From an uncultured bacterium (GTDB taxonomy: Bacteria > Patescibacteriota > Patescibacteriia > JAXHNJ01), in NCBI GenBank assembly GCA_965370265.1, contig CBDUSL010000003.1:1-37720 (forward strand): a stretch of 37,720 nt of DNA, in the 5' to 3' direction. Shown piece by piece: positions 35,584 through 37,720 of the stretch. The notes under the pieces are model-generated. The model was given only the letters and a program-made list of their open reading frames with translations. It did no database searches and was not told the origin of the DNA. The position numbers and the translations under genes were made by a program. Position 1 is the first letter of the stretch. Each line of letters opens with the position of its first letter.

Positions 35584-37056
35584 GTGCGGAATAACCAAAT
35601 ATTTTTTATCTATAAAAATTACCTGAATATAATTTTTGGGATTTTTTTGATTTCAATCCCTTTTACTATTGGGTCAGCATTAAATTGGCGCCTATCTTAT
35701 TTTTATGAATACGAATGGGCATTTTTATATTTTGGTGATATTATTCTTGTGCTATTTTTAGGTTTAGGAATTTTTATGTCTATTAAATTTAGGAAAATTC
35801 ATGAGAGTGATGTGATAGAGGTTATTAAAAAGCCTGTTGTTTATAGTTTATTTATTTTTTTATTTTTTGCTTTCTTTTCCTTAACTTTTTCTTTCTTATT
35901 TAGTGTGAGCGTTTACAATTTCATTAGACTCGCAATAACAGTTTTTTTTATACTATTATTGGCTGTATTAATTAAGAGAAAATGGATTAATTTAAAATTA
36001 ATACTAGCGGTCATTGGTTTTTCTGCCGTATTTCAGGCCGTGATCGGTTTTGTGCAATTTATTAAACAATCGGGGCTAGGTTTAAATTTGCTAGGGGAAC
36101 AACTTTTAGCAGCTGGTTACATGGGTAATGTGGCGGATCATTTGGGTCTGGCGGTAGTAGGAATACAAAAACAAATTTACATTCGGGCGTATGGGACTTT
36201 TCCTCATCCGAATGTCTTAGCTGGTTTTTTGGTCATAGGTTTATTTTGCCTTTATTATTTTTATTTTGAAAGTGAAAAAAACCGTATTAATTATATTCAT
36301 AACTCCAAAAATAATTTTTTCGTTTATATAAAAACTATTTCTTTTTGGAAAAGAATAGTGATAATAATTGGTATTTTTTTAATTCTTGTTGGTTTAATTT
36401 TTACGTTTTCTCGTACGGCTCTTTTTATCGCTTTAATTTTGACGATTTTACTATCCCTTATCTTGTTATTAAGATTTAGAAACGAGCGGTCATTAATTTT
36501 GCGGTGGTTAAGTGTAGTGACTATTATTTTTACTATAGTATTTTCTTTTTTCCACTGGACTATTTTTTCCCGCCCGGCGTTGAACAAAGATGAAGCAGCT
36601 GTATACGAACGCGTTATTTATAATAAGATAGCTTTAGATATTATAAAACAACCGAAGAATTTTTTTGTCGGTGTGGGTTTAGGCGATCAAGTAGTATACA
36701 GTTTAGATCAGCGCTTGTATCAAGTTCATGGCTTAAATCAATATTTACAATGGCAACCAATCCATAATATTTATCTTCTCACTTTTTCGGAAATAGGTGT
36801 TTTTGGTTTTTTAGCCTTGATTATTTTTCTTGTTTTTTTAATATATTTTTGTTTAAAAAAACTAAGGGGGATAAAAAATTTATGTGCCACTGAAAGTGGA
36901 CTATTTATTCTTATGATGTTAATTAGTCTGATTTTATTTGGTTTTTTTGATCATTTTATGTGGACGCACCAACCGGGTAAACTTATGTTTTGGTTGGTGG
37001 TTGGCTTACTTTTAGGTTTTATTTTAAGCCAAAAAGAAACTCTTTCTAAAACATAA
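35584..37056 (+). CDS. O-antigen ligase / O-oligosaccharyltransferase family (Wzy_C) membrane protein
   Basis: RAYGTFPHPNVLAG, TFSRTA, ER, GVGLG, QPIHNIYL...EIG, FDH. GTG start uncertain. Confidence 0.85.
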   Translation: MRNNQIFFIYKNYLNIIFGIFLISIPFTIGSALNWRLSYFYEYEWAFLYFGDIILVLFLGLGIFMSIKFRKIHESDVIEVIKKPVVYSLFIFLFFAFFSLTFSFLFSVSVYNFIRLAITVFFILLLAVLIKRKWINLKLILAVIGFSAVFQAVIGFVQFIKQSGLGLNLLGEQLLAAGYMGNVADHLGLAVVGIQKQIYIRAYGTFPHPNVLAGFLVIGLFCLYYFYFESEKNRINYIHNSKNNFFVYIKTISFWKRIVIIIGIFLILVGLIFTFSRTALFIALILTILLSLILLLRFRNERSLILRWLSVVTIIFTIVFSFFHWTIFSRPALNKDEAAVYERVIYNKIALDIIKQPKNFFVGVGLGDQVVYSLDQRLYQVHGLNQYLQWQPIHNIYLLTFSEIGVFGFLALIIFLVFLIYFCLKKLRGIKNLCATESGLFILMMLISLILFGFFDHFMWTHQPGKLMFWLVVGLLLGFILSQKETLSKT

Positions 37057-37091
37057 AGTAAAATTTTTAGCAAAAAAAAAGAGAGACAAAG

Positions 37092-37208
37092 TCCTGGCGA
37101 TGACCTACTTTCCCACGAGGAAAGCCTCAAGTATCATCGGCGCGGAAGGGCTTAACGACCGTGTTCGGAATGGAAACGGGTGTGGCTCCTTCGCTAGAAT
37201 CACCAGGA
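37092..37208 (-). rRNA. rrf: 5S rRNA
   Basis: Reverse complement contains CACACCCGTTTCCATTCCGAACACGGTCGTTAAG and AAAGTAGGTCATCGCCAGG; terminal TCCTGG/CCAGGA stem. Confidence 0.97.
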
Positions 37209-37366
37209 TTCTATCTCTCTTTTTATTATTCAACCGCGATAGTGGCGGGTGAGATATAAAGAATTATTCCGAAGAAAATGGTAATAAAGAGAAAAAGAAA
37301 TAAAAATTTAATAGTTGATTTGTATTTTTTCATTTATGTTTTTTGCTACTTATAACTTTATAATTA

Positions 37367-37720
<354 letters not shown>

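Noticed and set aside
205-36587. Short opposite-strand or alternate-frame ORFs in the track (e.g. 205..414, 1565..1765, 4848..5240, 10382..10903, 22923..23237, 34320..34532, 36324..36587)
   Set aside because: They shadow well-supported genes and carry no recognisable motifs.

Overview
AT-rich bacterial chromosome segment, genetic code 11. It is most likely Patescibacteria/CPR, inferred from the tandem VirB2/TrbC-type pilins, an orphan solute-binding protein, many GT-C membrane proteins and a shortened 23S helix-98 region. Layout: partial ROK kinase and tyrS; a tightly coupled minus-strand operon yebC-ruvC-GH15-glgA-GH57-GH57(UVR tail)-tandem kinase-glgA-galT (alpha-glucan metabolism, no glgC/glgB/glgP in the window); PGI/PMI; five GT-C-type membrane glycosyltransferases plus an internally deleted duplicate; a galU-SBP-pilin cluster; a FecR/FN3 surface protein; small accessory genes behind tRNA-Ser(CGA); pfkB, a divergent PPi-type PFK and a kinase-fold hypothetical; a NikR-like ribbon-helix-helix domain fused to a sugar nucleotidyltransferase, with a matching palindrome over its own promoter; an O-antigen-ligase-like gene; 5S rRNA and the 3' end of 23S rRNA. 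The best novelty candidates are the RHH-nucleotidyltransferase regulator with its operator and the non-canonical glycogen operon. All family calls are from motif recognition by eye; no searches were run.
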